DNA of 64,000 bases from Antedon mediterranea. Its lineage: Eukaryota; Animalia; Echinodermata. The translations under genes were made by a program, and so were the position numbers. Position 1 is the stretch's first letter. Every line of letters starts with the position of its first letter. The stretch is from NCBI RefSeq assembly GCF_964355755.1, contig NC_092671.1:15314001-15378000 (forward strand). The letters are read 5' to 3'. The notes under the pieces were generated by a model that searched no databases, had not been told where the DNA came from, and saw only the letters and a list, made by a program, of their open reading frames with translations. Of the stretch, positions 26,950-38,817 are shown piece by piece.

Positions 26950-27070
26950 CAATATTCTATCTACCCAATTTAAAGAAAAGCCAGTAATGCCAAATTCCTT
27001 CTGCATACGACTGATCAGGATGTCGTGATCTATCGTATCAAAAGGATAAATAACCTGCAAAAACTAGCGT
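26950..27070 (-). mobile_element. CR1/L2-type LINE reverse transcriptase fragment; second copy at ~24828-24948
   Basis: FDTIDHDILISRMQKEFGITG..LNW matches the AFDTxDH RT motif. Confidence 0.7.
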
Positions 27071-28111
27071 TAACAAAATTATTGAACCAGTATGAATATG
27101 ATGTTTCAAAAGAGCACGTCATGAAGACCACAACATTTGAGAAATGTCTATTCCCACAATCAAATGCAATCACACACGTATAAAGCATGCTGTGTATTTC
27201 AGTTTCTTATAGATACGGTATCAGTAACTTGAACTAGTATATTATGGAGATACTCTGTGGAGATCGATAGTTCTATCAACTATGGTTGTTCATTTATTTG
27301 GTGCTCTTTAAGTATAGAATAGATAAAGATAAGCTAAAGCGTATCAAGCTCCAAATGGCGCGTTATACCTTAAAAAAAGCACCTCTGGTTGGTCTCCAAT
27401 TAACTGAGATCCATAACGCTCTTTGTATGAAATACTAAAGATGGAAGTGTAATTGTGAATCCAAATATATTTTCTCCTCTCTCCTTTTAAATGTCTAAAA
27501 TTTTAAGAAACTTAACTCTATAATGATAGATGAATGGAGAATTGAATTACAAAACAAATCGTTTGTATTATTAATAAGCTGTGTTTTCTGTTGATTTTAT
27601 TTAATACAATTTCACTATATTTCTTTATTCATTTTTGTACAGTAATGATCTACCCTATGTCCCTATGTATCGATTAAAATTGGTTGGGGTGTTGCGGAGG
27701 GTAGAGGATATTTTAGGGGTTGTTAGTTGTTTTTTGCCTTTATAATTTTCTGTATGTATATTGTTATATTTTGTATTGTTATTGTGAAGGATGCACGTGA
27801 ATTTATCGGCTACTATTCACTGTTTAAAAACACAGACGATTTATTGTTGACACTTGAGAATTTGTATAAGTTATTCATAAATCTAATTTTTTTACGAAAA
27901 AAGAACCTAATTTCACAACTAATTTTAGTGAATTTTCATATATTTATATTTAATCTCTATCGAACGGTGGGGCAGGGAATAGGCCTAATGGAGGAGGTAG
28001 GAGGGTGGGGATGAGCTATATTATAATGATGTAGGCATATGTATAATACCATTAAAATATACAATAGACACATTATAATGTCAACAACCTTATAATAAAA
28101 CAAATACTAAT

Positions 28112-29145
28112 GGAGAAAAACTCGAAAACAGAGACCCCCACTAAAACGTCTCATTATATTGGGGGTCTCTTTTTTTGAGATTTCCCGAGACCCCCTAATA
28201 TAATCCCTGTTTATTGAGAGTGTTGCAAATACCCACCAACGAGCTTGGTCATAAATTATTAAAACCCAACTTTTATCGCAAAAACCGTGAATTTATGTTT
28301 ATTTATTTATCAATTTATTTTTATTTTTTTAATTCATTTCTTTTTAAAGGTTCGCCCAACACAATATATTTGTCTTCATCCTCCAGTCTGCCTCAAAGTC
28401 TGACCTCATATCATTTTGTTATTGCATTGTACGTTATTATCTTTTATGCTTGTTAATAAAGGTTACGAAACTAGTGTCAGTTTTTGAAATAATCTCCCGC
28501 TTTTTAGCTTCTAACATGCATTTATACATCTTACTTAACTTCTAGGACGTCGACCTTGTATTCCAAAATGACAGTCTCTTCACACGCGTTCAAGAATTCA
28601 TCAATCTTCTTATCGTTGCGGCATGTTCTTTGATATCGGCATATCAGTTACCGTTTATTACTGATACGTCATTCTGTGATTTTGAGACGTTTTAGTGGGG
28701 ACCCCCTATATAACGTAATATTGACCTAATATTGAGACGTTTTAGTGGGGGTCTCTGTTTTCGAGTTTTTCTCGAAAACAGAGACCCCTATATAACGTAA
28801 TATTGACTTAATATTGAAACGTTTTAGTGGAGGTCTCTGTTTTCTAGAAAAACTCGAAAACTGAGACCCCCTATATAACGTAATATTGACTTAATATTAA
28901 GAAGTTTTAATGGGGGTATCTGTTTTCGAGTTTTTCTGGAAAACAGAGACCCCCTATGTAACGTAATATTGACTTAATATTGAGACGTTTTAATGGGGGT
29001 ATCTGTTTTCGAGTTTTTCTGGAAAACAGAGACCCCCTATATAACGTATTATTTAGACGTTTTAGTGGGGGTCTCTGTTTTCCAGATTTTCTCGAAAACA
29101 GAGACCCTGGGTCTCGGGTCTCTGGTCTCTGTTTTTGAGACACCC
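28112..29145. repeat. Foldback-like element: ~82-83-bp tandem units, each with an 18-bp-stem hairpin (28683-29145), and a truncated inverted arm (28112-28200)
   Basis: GGGGTCTCTGTTTTCGAG-TTTTT-CTCGAAAACAGAGACCCC occurs 5 times with variants; the array ends in the TIR-like GAGACACCC. Confidence 0.8.
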
Positions 29146-30587
29146 GTTTCGACCTATCTCTTAGTCTCTGGTCTCTGTGTTCGAAGAACCTTAGTAATTT
29201 TATCAAGATCATACAAAGGAGTTCCTTACATGTTTATTCTTGACGGTAACCTATTTTGCAATATGTCAGTGGAATAACTGGCATTTTATCGGAGTCGGAC
29301 GGTTTTGTCAAAATAGTGTTTGATATGGCGATAGCACCGGTTCCGTGTGCGGTTATTATCAAAGCAGCCTGTTGGTTTCCGATTTCTTAAAGATGGTCCC
29401 AAATATGAGAGCAGCTTTGGCAAAATGTGCATTGCGATTGGTCTAGAACTTTGACGGTGTTAGGCTTCAGAAAATAAGCCAATAAAAAAGACCTTCATGC
29501 AACTATGTAAAAAGCGTGGTTCTGCTGAAGTTTCTTTCCACTATTTAAAGCGATAAAAAAACACATCATACCTTTATTCTTGAATTCTCACTGGAGAAAA
29601 TCCATCTAAATCTTTATTTTTGTACAGTTCAGTTCAGTTGTACAACAGTTCAGTCTATTTTTACTTAACCGTTCGGTTCTGACGAGCACACAGTGGTAAG
29701 TCATTCATAATTATTTACAGTTCATTTTTTAATAGTTAATCATTATTCAGTGTATAAAGAATGCTTTAATTTAAATATCTACAACGGTATTCAAGTTATT
29801 TATTTGTGCGAATCGCAATTTTTCGCGTATAATTTTTACCCAAAAATCATCAAACTAATCATTTTGACTAATAATGATATAAAGAATTGAAAAACAATAA
29901 AGCCTAAGTTAAGCAATTTGATTTGTGTACTTGTTTTTTTTCTTTTTCTCTTTTGTGGCGCAAACACCACTTTTATTCACATTCATATTATCTCATATTA
30001 CATAAAATCGTATTATTTAACTTGTAAATGTCGTTACAGTTCATAAGTAACATTTTTACATATATGAATTCTGTATTACTCCTTTTTTCATTAATTTTCT
30101 TATATTTTGTTATACACTTGACAGGATCATCATTATCATCTATCCCGTTTTAAAATAGTTCACACATTTTCATTTGTTTGTTTTCATTTTACAACCCGGA
30201 TTATACAATATATTTATATACATGATAAAAATAAACAATAATAGCTCAGTACCACCAGTAACCCGTATCACTGTAATTCTTTTTCTGTTAATCGTATCAA
30301 ATTAGAAATTATATTATCATAATCTTATTTCTTAAAGCTACCCATTTTTCTATACTTTTTTCTTTATTGTTATATGTTTCACATTCAATGTTATATAACA
30401 TATTGCTTTTAAATGAATTCCATAAAGATTTACCGACTGGCTTATTTAGTGCAGATAACATTTTTATTCTATAAATAGTAAATGCTGCAAAAGTGTAAAT
30501 ATAATCTGATAAATATAATGTGTACTTGCTAATGATAGGACCTTACAATTGCTTTCAAACCAATTGTTCTTATTTTACTTTCAGAAT

Positions 30588-33500
30588 ATGTACAGACAAA
30601 AAAGGCAGCACAAAAAAACTAGACCTTGTTTAACTTGTTTTGATTGTGACAAGAAAAAAACGGGGAAATACTTTTGTGGTGTTTGTAAGTTTGCGTGCAA
30701 CAATGACAGTATATTTTGTGATTATTGCTTACGCTGGTTCCACATATTGTGCGAAAACTTAACTAAAGCAAACTTGCATAGCTTAGGTAACTCTCCTTTG
30801 CATTTCACTTGTTCCGAATGCTGTAGCCCTAATGGCAGTTTTGATTTTTTGGCCTCATTAGAGCGTATTGATTCAGCTACCAAAAACAATTACAATATAC
30901 TTGACATAGCGCAAAGTGAACGTTTATTTCTACGTAATCATCGCTTTAGTAAACCCCCGTTTACGATATCTCAACAGTATGTCATCGATGCTGTTTCTAC
31001 AAGTATAATGAACAAATGTGGAGGTGGGCGTTTAATCCCTGTATCTGTCGCTGGTGACGGTAGCTGCTTGTTTAATGCCGTAGCTGTTGCTTTGACTGGC
31101 AATGAAAACATTGCTACTGAACTTCGCGTAAGAACATTTGTTGATATGGTAGAAAAAGAAACATTCTACAAGGAACTGCACAAACATTCAAAAATTGCTT
31201 TAACCAGTCCTGATTACAATCTCGCTTGTTCAGATTGTAGTCGTGAAAGCGGTTATTCTTCAGCTTGGCAGATACAGGCGTTGTCTAGTGTTATAGGGCA
31301 AGAAATTATTTCTGTGTATCCTCCTTATAATGGCGTTACTGACAATGCACATCGCATATTGAATAGAAGTTTTTATCCTTGCGAAGAAACAGCTGACAGA
31401 CATCCGATTTTTATTATGTGGACTAGTACACTATTACCTTCTTCAAAGGGTACGTGGATTCCTAACCACTTTGTCCCGTTATTGGACAGTTCTTTAATAG
31501 ATGAGAGAGTGTGTTTACCCGAAATATTGTCATCTTGCTTGTCATCTACTTCGTATGACGACATTGGTCACAAGAAAGTAATCAAAAGGAAAGGTAAATT
31601 AGGCCTACTCTACTAATTTAGACAAATGGTTTCTTATTTATTTGTACAAATTTAAAAAAAATAAAATTTTAGGATAAGAATACACAAAACTTATCCGTAC
31701 GTAGTGTACGCAATAGATTGGTTCATTGTTATTTTTTATTGTAACGAAGTTATCTCAGAGGTGTGTTTATATTATTGACCGAGATAAATCTAAATTTTTA
31801 TAGTTCAAAAAAAGAAAAGGCGACCGAAAATGAAAGAACGAATCGCAACTATAGTACCCATATCATCTGATTCCGTTGACTCAACACCACAGGTTGATCC
31901 TACAGACTTTCCCTCCACTTCTGTTGATACACAACCTTTCCATAAACGGGATATGATTTCCCTATCTCCACTGTCCACGCCCAACAGCGACAACGTACCC
32001 ATGTCGATGACAACGCCCGACTTGAAAACCACAACAGATACGCAACATGCAAGAGGTAGTGTTTTGTTCTGTTATTTTTTTTTTAACAAAGACATGTTTT
32101 ATTTAATAAGTGTAGGCGTCTATAGAAAACTGAGATATCTGATTGTATCTACATCAAATACAATTGTGTGTTTGTACTTATCGATATGAATCTACATTTT
32201 TATAGTGCGAAAAAAGAAAACAAGGCGACCGAAGAAGAAGCAACGAATCGCAACCACAGTAACCATATCATCTGATTCCGTTGACTCAACACTTGATCCT
32301 ACAGACTTTCCCTCCACTTCTGTTGATAGACAACCTTTCCATAAACGTGATATGATTTCCATATCTCCACTCTCCACATCAAACAGCGACAACGGCAAAA
32401 AGACAGACACAAATGCCACGATGGCTAATTTAGAGGGCTATCCAGCTACCTCTTTTTTTAACCAATCTTCCAATATAGATTCTGATCTGATTTCATTATC
32501 ACACCCATTTTCTGACCCCAACAAGAACAGCAATGATCATGCAGACACCAATGAAAAGTTACTACCTAATCATAATGATGTATTGCATATGCCTATAACA
32601 GGAAAGCCTTCCGATAGTGTGATTTTCCAATCCCCAATTTGTAACCCCCACAGCGAAATCATAAAGGAAAAAAGCACCATAAAAACTATGCAACATGAAG
32701 GTAAGTGTTTTGTTCGTTTTGATCTTCGCATTACAAGATCTGTGTTAGAAAACACAAATTTTAGATATATCTAAGTTTTCTAGATCTAAAAAACTCAGAT
32801 ATTTGAGTTTCCTAGAATTATGAAATTTAAATAACAAGATCCGAGTTTCAATCTTCAAATATAAAAATCAAATCACATAATACAGTAAATCGTGTCATTA
32901 TTAATAAGAGGGTAGTGTTTAAAATACACCTATCATTGTAAGTACTGTTATTTGCAATATAGTACTGCGGTCAACCTGCATAAAATGCGCCTAAAATGTA
33001 TAACATGATATAGAACACTGTTCAATGTCTGATTGTTTATCATGTATGTTATTTACCTTTAAAAGGCAAAAGAAAAGCTCCCAGCAATAGCCTGAAAATA
33101 TAGGGGAATACATTTGTAGTTATGTATTGCATTATGGTTTGACAAATATTTTATATATTTTCAAAAAGGAAAACAGCAGAGGCGACACACTGTATTTTTC
33201 AAGATTGAAGATGTCGGTGATAATTCACCAATTATATTTTCTTCGTCCGAGTCTGAAGTTGATCCTACAGACTTTCCCTCCAATTCTGTTGATAGACAAC
33301 CTTTCCATAAACGGGATATGATTTCCATATCTCCACTGTCCACACCCAACAGCGACAACGTACCCATGTCGATGACAACGCCCGACTTGAAAACCACAAA
33401 AGATACGCAACATGCAGGAGGTAGTGTTTTGTTCTGTTTTTTTTTTTGTAAAAAATAAATGTTTTATTCAATAAGTGTAGGTGTCTATAGGAAACTGAGA

Positions 33501-36500
33501 TATCTGATTGTATCTAGATCAAATAACATTGTGTGTTTGTACTTATCGATATGAATCTACATTTTTATAGTACGAAAAAAGAAAACAAGGCGACCGAAGA
33601 AGAAGCAACGAATCGCAACCATAGCAACCATATCGTCTGATTCCGTTGACTCAACACCACAGGTTGATCCTACAGACTTTCCCTCCACTTCTGTTGATAC
33701 ACAACCTTTCCATAAACGGGATATGTTTTCCATATCTCCAATCTCCACACCAAACAGCGACAACGTACCCTTGTCGATGACAACGCCCGACTTGAAAACT
33801 ACAACAGCTACGCAACATGCAGGAGGTAGTGTTTTGTTCTGTTTTTTTTTTTTTTAACAAAGACATGTTTTATTTAATAAGTGTAGGTGTCTATAGAAAA
33901 CTGAGATATCTGATTGTATCTACATCAAATACAATTGTGTGTTTGTACTTATCGATATGAATCTACATTTTTATAGTGCGGAAAAAGAAAACAAGGCGAC
34001 CGAAGAAGAAGCAACGAATCGCAACCACAGTAACCATATCTTCTGATTCCGTTGACTCAACACTTGATCCTTCAGACTTTCTCTCCACTTCTGTTGATAG
34101 ACAACCTTTCCATAAATGTGATGTGATTTCCATATCTCCACTCTCCACATCAAACAGCGACAACGGCAAAAAGACAGACACTAATGCCACGATGGCTAAT
34201 TTTGAGGGCATTCCAGCTACCTCTTTTTTTAACCAATCTTCCAATATAGATTTTGATCATCAATTTTCTGACCCCAACAACGACAGCAGTGATCATGCAG
34301 ACACCAATGAAAAGTTACTACCTAATCGTAATGATGTATTGCATATGCCTATAACAGGAAAGCCTTCTGATAGTGTGATTTTCCAATCCCCAATTTGTAA
34401 CCCCCACAGCGAAATCATAAAGGAAAGAAGCACGTCGATGACAACGCCCGACTTGAAAACCACAAAAACTATGCAACATGAAGGTAAGTGTTTTGTTCGT
34501 TTTGATCTTCGCATTACAAGAATAGATCTGTGTTAGAAAACACAAATTTTAGATATATCTAAGTTTTCTAGATCTAAAAAACTCAGATATTTGAGTTTCC
34601 TATATTTATGAAATTTAAATAACAAGATCCGAGTTTCAAGCTTCAAATATAAAAATCAAATCACATAATACAGTAAGTCGTGTCATTGTTAATAAGAGGG
34701 TAGTGTTTAAAATACACCTATCATTGTAAGTACTCATTGTTATTTGCCAAAAATAGTACTGCGGTCAACCTGCATAAAATGCGGCTAAAATGTATATCAT
34801 GATATAGAACACGATTCAATGTCTGATTGTTTATCATGTATGTTATTTACCTTTAAAAAGCAAAGGAAAAGCTCCCAGCAATAGCCTGAAAATATAGGGG
34901 AATACATGTATAGTTATGCATTGCATTATGGTTTGACAAATATTTTATATATTTTCAAAAAGGAAAACACCAGAGGCGACACACTGTATTTTTCAAGATT
35001 GAAGATGTCGGCGATAATTCACCATTTATATTTTCTTCGTCCGAGTCTGAAGTTGATCCTACAGACTTTCCCTCCACTTCTGTTGATACACAACCTTTCC
35101 ATAAACGGGATATGATTTCCATATCTCCACTGTTCACACCAAATAGCGACAACGTACCCATGTCGATGACAACGCCCGACTTAAAAACCACGAAAGTAAC
35201 GAATCATGCAGGAGGTAGTGTTTTGATCTGTTGTTTTTTTTTTTAACAAAGTAATGTTTTATTCAATAAGTGTAGGTGTCTATAGGAAACTGAGATATCT
35301 GAATGTATCTAGATCATATAACATTGTGTGTTTTTACTTATCGATATGAATCTACATTTTATAGTGCGGAAAAAGAAAACAAGGCGACCGAAGAAGAAGC
35401 AACGAATCGCAACCATATCATCTGATTCCGTTGACTCAACACCACAGGTTGATCCTACAGACGTTCCCTCCACTTCTGTTGATAGACAACCTTTCCATAA
35501 ACGTGATATGATTTCCATATCTCCACGCTCCACACCAAACAGCGACAACAGCAAAAAGACAGACACAAATGCCACGATGGCTAATTTTAAGGGCATTCCA
35601 GCTACCTCTTTTTTTAGCCAATCTTCCGATATAGATTTTGATTTGATTTCATTATCACATCAATTTTCTGACTCCAACAACGACAGCAGTGATCATACAG
35701 ACACCAATGAAAAGTTACTACCTAATCGTAATGATGTATTGCATACGCCTATAACAGGAAGGCCTTCCGGCGATAGTGTGATTTTCCAATCCCCAATTTG
35801 TAACCCCCACAGCGAAATCATAAAGGAAAAAAGCACGTCGATGACAACGCCCGACTCGAAAACCACAAAAACTATGCAACATGAAAGTAAGTGTTTTGTT
35901 CGTTTTGATCTTCGCATTACAAGATCTGTGTTAGAAAACACAAGTTTTAAATATATCTAAGTTTCCTAGATCTAAAAAACTCAGATATTTGAGTTTCTTA
36001 AATTTATGATATTTCAATAACAAGATTCGAGTTTCATTATTCAAATAGAAAACTCAAATCACCAAATACAGTAAATCGTGTCATTATTAATAAGAGGGTA
36101 GTGTTTAAAATACACCTATCATTGTAAGTACTGTTATTTGCAATAGTACTGCGGTCAACCTGCATAAAATGCGGATAAAATGTATCATGATATAGAACAC
36201 GATTCAATGTCTGATTGTTTATCATGTACTGTATGTTATTTACCGTTAAAAAGCAAAAGAAAAGCTCCCAGCAATAGCATGAAAATATAGGGGAATACAT
36301 TTGTAAGTTATGTATTGCTTTATGGTTTGACAAATATTTATATATTTTTAAAAAGGAAAAAAACAGAGGGGACACACTGCATTTGTCAAGATTGAAGACG
36401 TCGGCGATAATTCACCAATTATATTTTCTTCGTCCGAGTCTGAAGTTGCTCTAAGTAATTCCGAAACACGATACAGTCACATAAACAATTCATTTAGTTC

Positions 36501-38817
36501 TGATCTGGAAAAGCAAGGTTCGTTATTTAATTTACACAACCTAATTGAAACACTATATTAATAAAATCTACATTATCTTTGTGTGACACAATATTCGAAA
36601 ACAAAATTCATTATCATTTCCAATATGCAATTAAAATTAAAATAATTCTGTTTATTTTTGTGGGAAATTGTGACGGCTGATATCTTTTATTTTCCAAATA
36701 AAACTATCTTTAGATGTATCGACTACGTTTTAGCGTGTTCTTAAGGTACAATTACATGTTACTAATATACTAATATTCTATTGTGAAAATATTACATATA
36801 AAATAGAAAATGCATGCATCATACATTTGCTCAAAAGTAACTATTGAAATAAAGTTTATAAACAGTGCCCGCAAAAAAGGAAACATGCCTATTACTGTTA
36901 TTAAATATTTTGAAATTTTCAATATGCTTCGTTTTAGGTGACCGAATGTCGTGCAAAAGGTTCACAAAGCGGTTGTTAAACAAAAAATTTGTTCAGGTGT
37001 CTGAACTATACCAAATCCTCATGAAAACATCAGAAAATGCAACATTCCCAGACATTCCGCAGGGTGTTAAAGAAAATATGTTATTTGTTGTCAACAATGA
37101 AGGCAATGTACAACAACGTTTTGGAGGTGGTCGTAGCTTCTTTCCTGATGATTGTGGTGTATGGGACTCGTCAAGTAGTAGTACTCCGAAGACACAGTTC
37201 ACAAGAGTAGCTGGAAGGCTTATCACCATTGTCTTTAAGTGTGATAGATTTTGCATTAAAAAAAACGGTACTTGGGTCCCGCTCGTACCACAACCGACTA
37301 ATATTATAACTTTGCATAGGTGTTATTGTAAATTAAAACGAGACAAAGGGTACAAAAAACGAGTGTCGTGGATAGAAAACGAAAACGAAAAAATGAACAA
37401 CTTCAATAGGCCTAAAGCAGTAGTTGAATACATTGGCAATTTTCCTTTTACCATTTCGTCACATGGTAATGACAGACATACACACACAGAATACGTACGT
37501 ACTCATCCGAAAGTTCTACGTGATGCTGAATGTAGACTTGTCCATTCCAAACCCAGGGATACTTACGCAGATATGGTTTTTTCTAACCCCGAAAGCGCAC
37601 CCAGAGATATGAAACAACTGAGAAATTTGAAATATAACCGATCAAAAAAACTCACCACAGGTAGTAGGTCTAATGTTGCCGATGATATACAAAATTTAAT
37701 AACCGAATTAACAAAACATGAATTTGTAAAAAAAGTCTTTGCTGTACCTAATCAGCCTCCTTGTGTAATTCTGTACACAAACAATCAAATTAATGACTTA
37801 CGAAGGTTTTGTTGTGGCAATATTTCTCAAAGTATACTAGGGATCGATAGGACTTTTAACTTGGGGGCTTGCTATTTAACGGTTACTGTTTTTAAAAACA
37901 CTCTATTGCTTAAAAAAGAAGCAAATGATCATCCCATTTTTGTCGGCCCGATGCTATTACACTGGGATGGTCGGTACAGCACGTATCTTGATTTCTTTAC
38001 ACATTTGCGTTGTCAGCTTGACAGTGACATAAACAATTCCGAAGTTGGTATGAGTTGTAATATGGTCATAGGTTCCGACGAAGAAAAGGCAATTTTGAAA
38101 GCTTTAAACTTTTCTTTCCCCAATTCGCGACACATATTGTGCACAAGGCATATCAAGCAAAATGCATCTCGTTACTTGCTTGAAAAGCAAGGAGCAAATA
38201 ATAAGTACCGACAAATAATACTAAACAAAATCTTTTCGCCGTCCGGATTACTTGGGAGTACAAACATTTCACAATTTGACAAACGTTCACTACAATTGGA
38301 AATAGATTTCCAAAAACAAGTTCCACTATTTGGAAATTATTTTAGAGATAAACTGTGCCCAACCTTAAAAGAAAAGGTTTTCAGACCCAATATTACCGAC
38401 CGAGTGATTCCGGACCGTTGGACAAACAACAACTGCGAAAGCATAAATCACATTCTAAAACTATCCATTAACTGGAAACCACAAAGGCTTCCAGATTTAG
38501 TACAAATTCTACACAAAATTGCGAAATTACAATATGCAGACGCCCGGCGTGCAATTCACGGACAAGGCAATTTTTACGTTATCCCTAGATTAAAGAAATA
38601 TACAGTGCCAAATTCGGTTTGGATAGGGAAATCTGAAGATGAAAAAAACAAATATGTTTTACGATTTTTGAAAATATCACTGAACAAAACAGTTGCAAAA
38701 ACAACAACATCTAAAGACGGGAAATTAATTATTCCTGCAACACCACAATGTGCTAAAAAACCAGGACAAAAAAAAAGAACCAGAGTTGCAAAAACCACAT
38801 CATTCAGTAAGAAATAA
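30588..38817 (+). CDS. PHD finger - OTU-like protease - repeated linker - MULE transposase fusion (~1860 aa); exons 30588-31593, 31804-32055, 32206-32700, 33169-33420, 33571-33825, 33977-34483, 34963-35214, 35365-35886, 36356-36517, 36938-38817
   Basis: Nine GT-AG introns, all phase 1; joined length 5583 nt with no stop. PHD C4HC3: CGVC..CDYC..WFHILC..CSEC. OTU-like motifs GDGSCLFNA and NHFVP. MULE triad GIDRTFN / GSDEEKA..CTRH / TNNNCESIN. Probable non-coding first exon ends at 29695 (G|GTAAGT). Confidence 0.8.
31780..36450 (+). repeat. Tandem exon-plus-intron duplications (offsets ~1.77 kb and ~1.39 kb) forming the linker
   Basis: Repeated RKKKTRRPKKKQR, DPTDFPSTSVD.QPFHKRDMIS and near-identical intron sequences. 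Confidence 0.95.

Noticed and set aside
28683-29145. Palindromic repeats with spacers, CRISPR-like
   Set aside because: The intervening segments are near-identical to each other, so this is a tandem repeat.
31805-35941. Repeated minus-strand ORFs
   Set aside because: Antisense shadows of the linker exons; the splice signals support only the plus strand.
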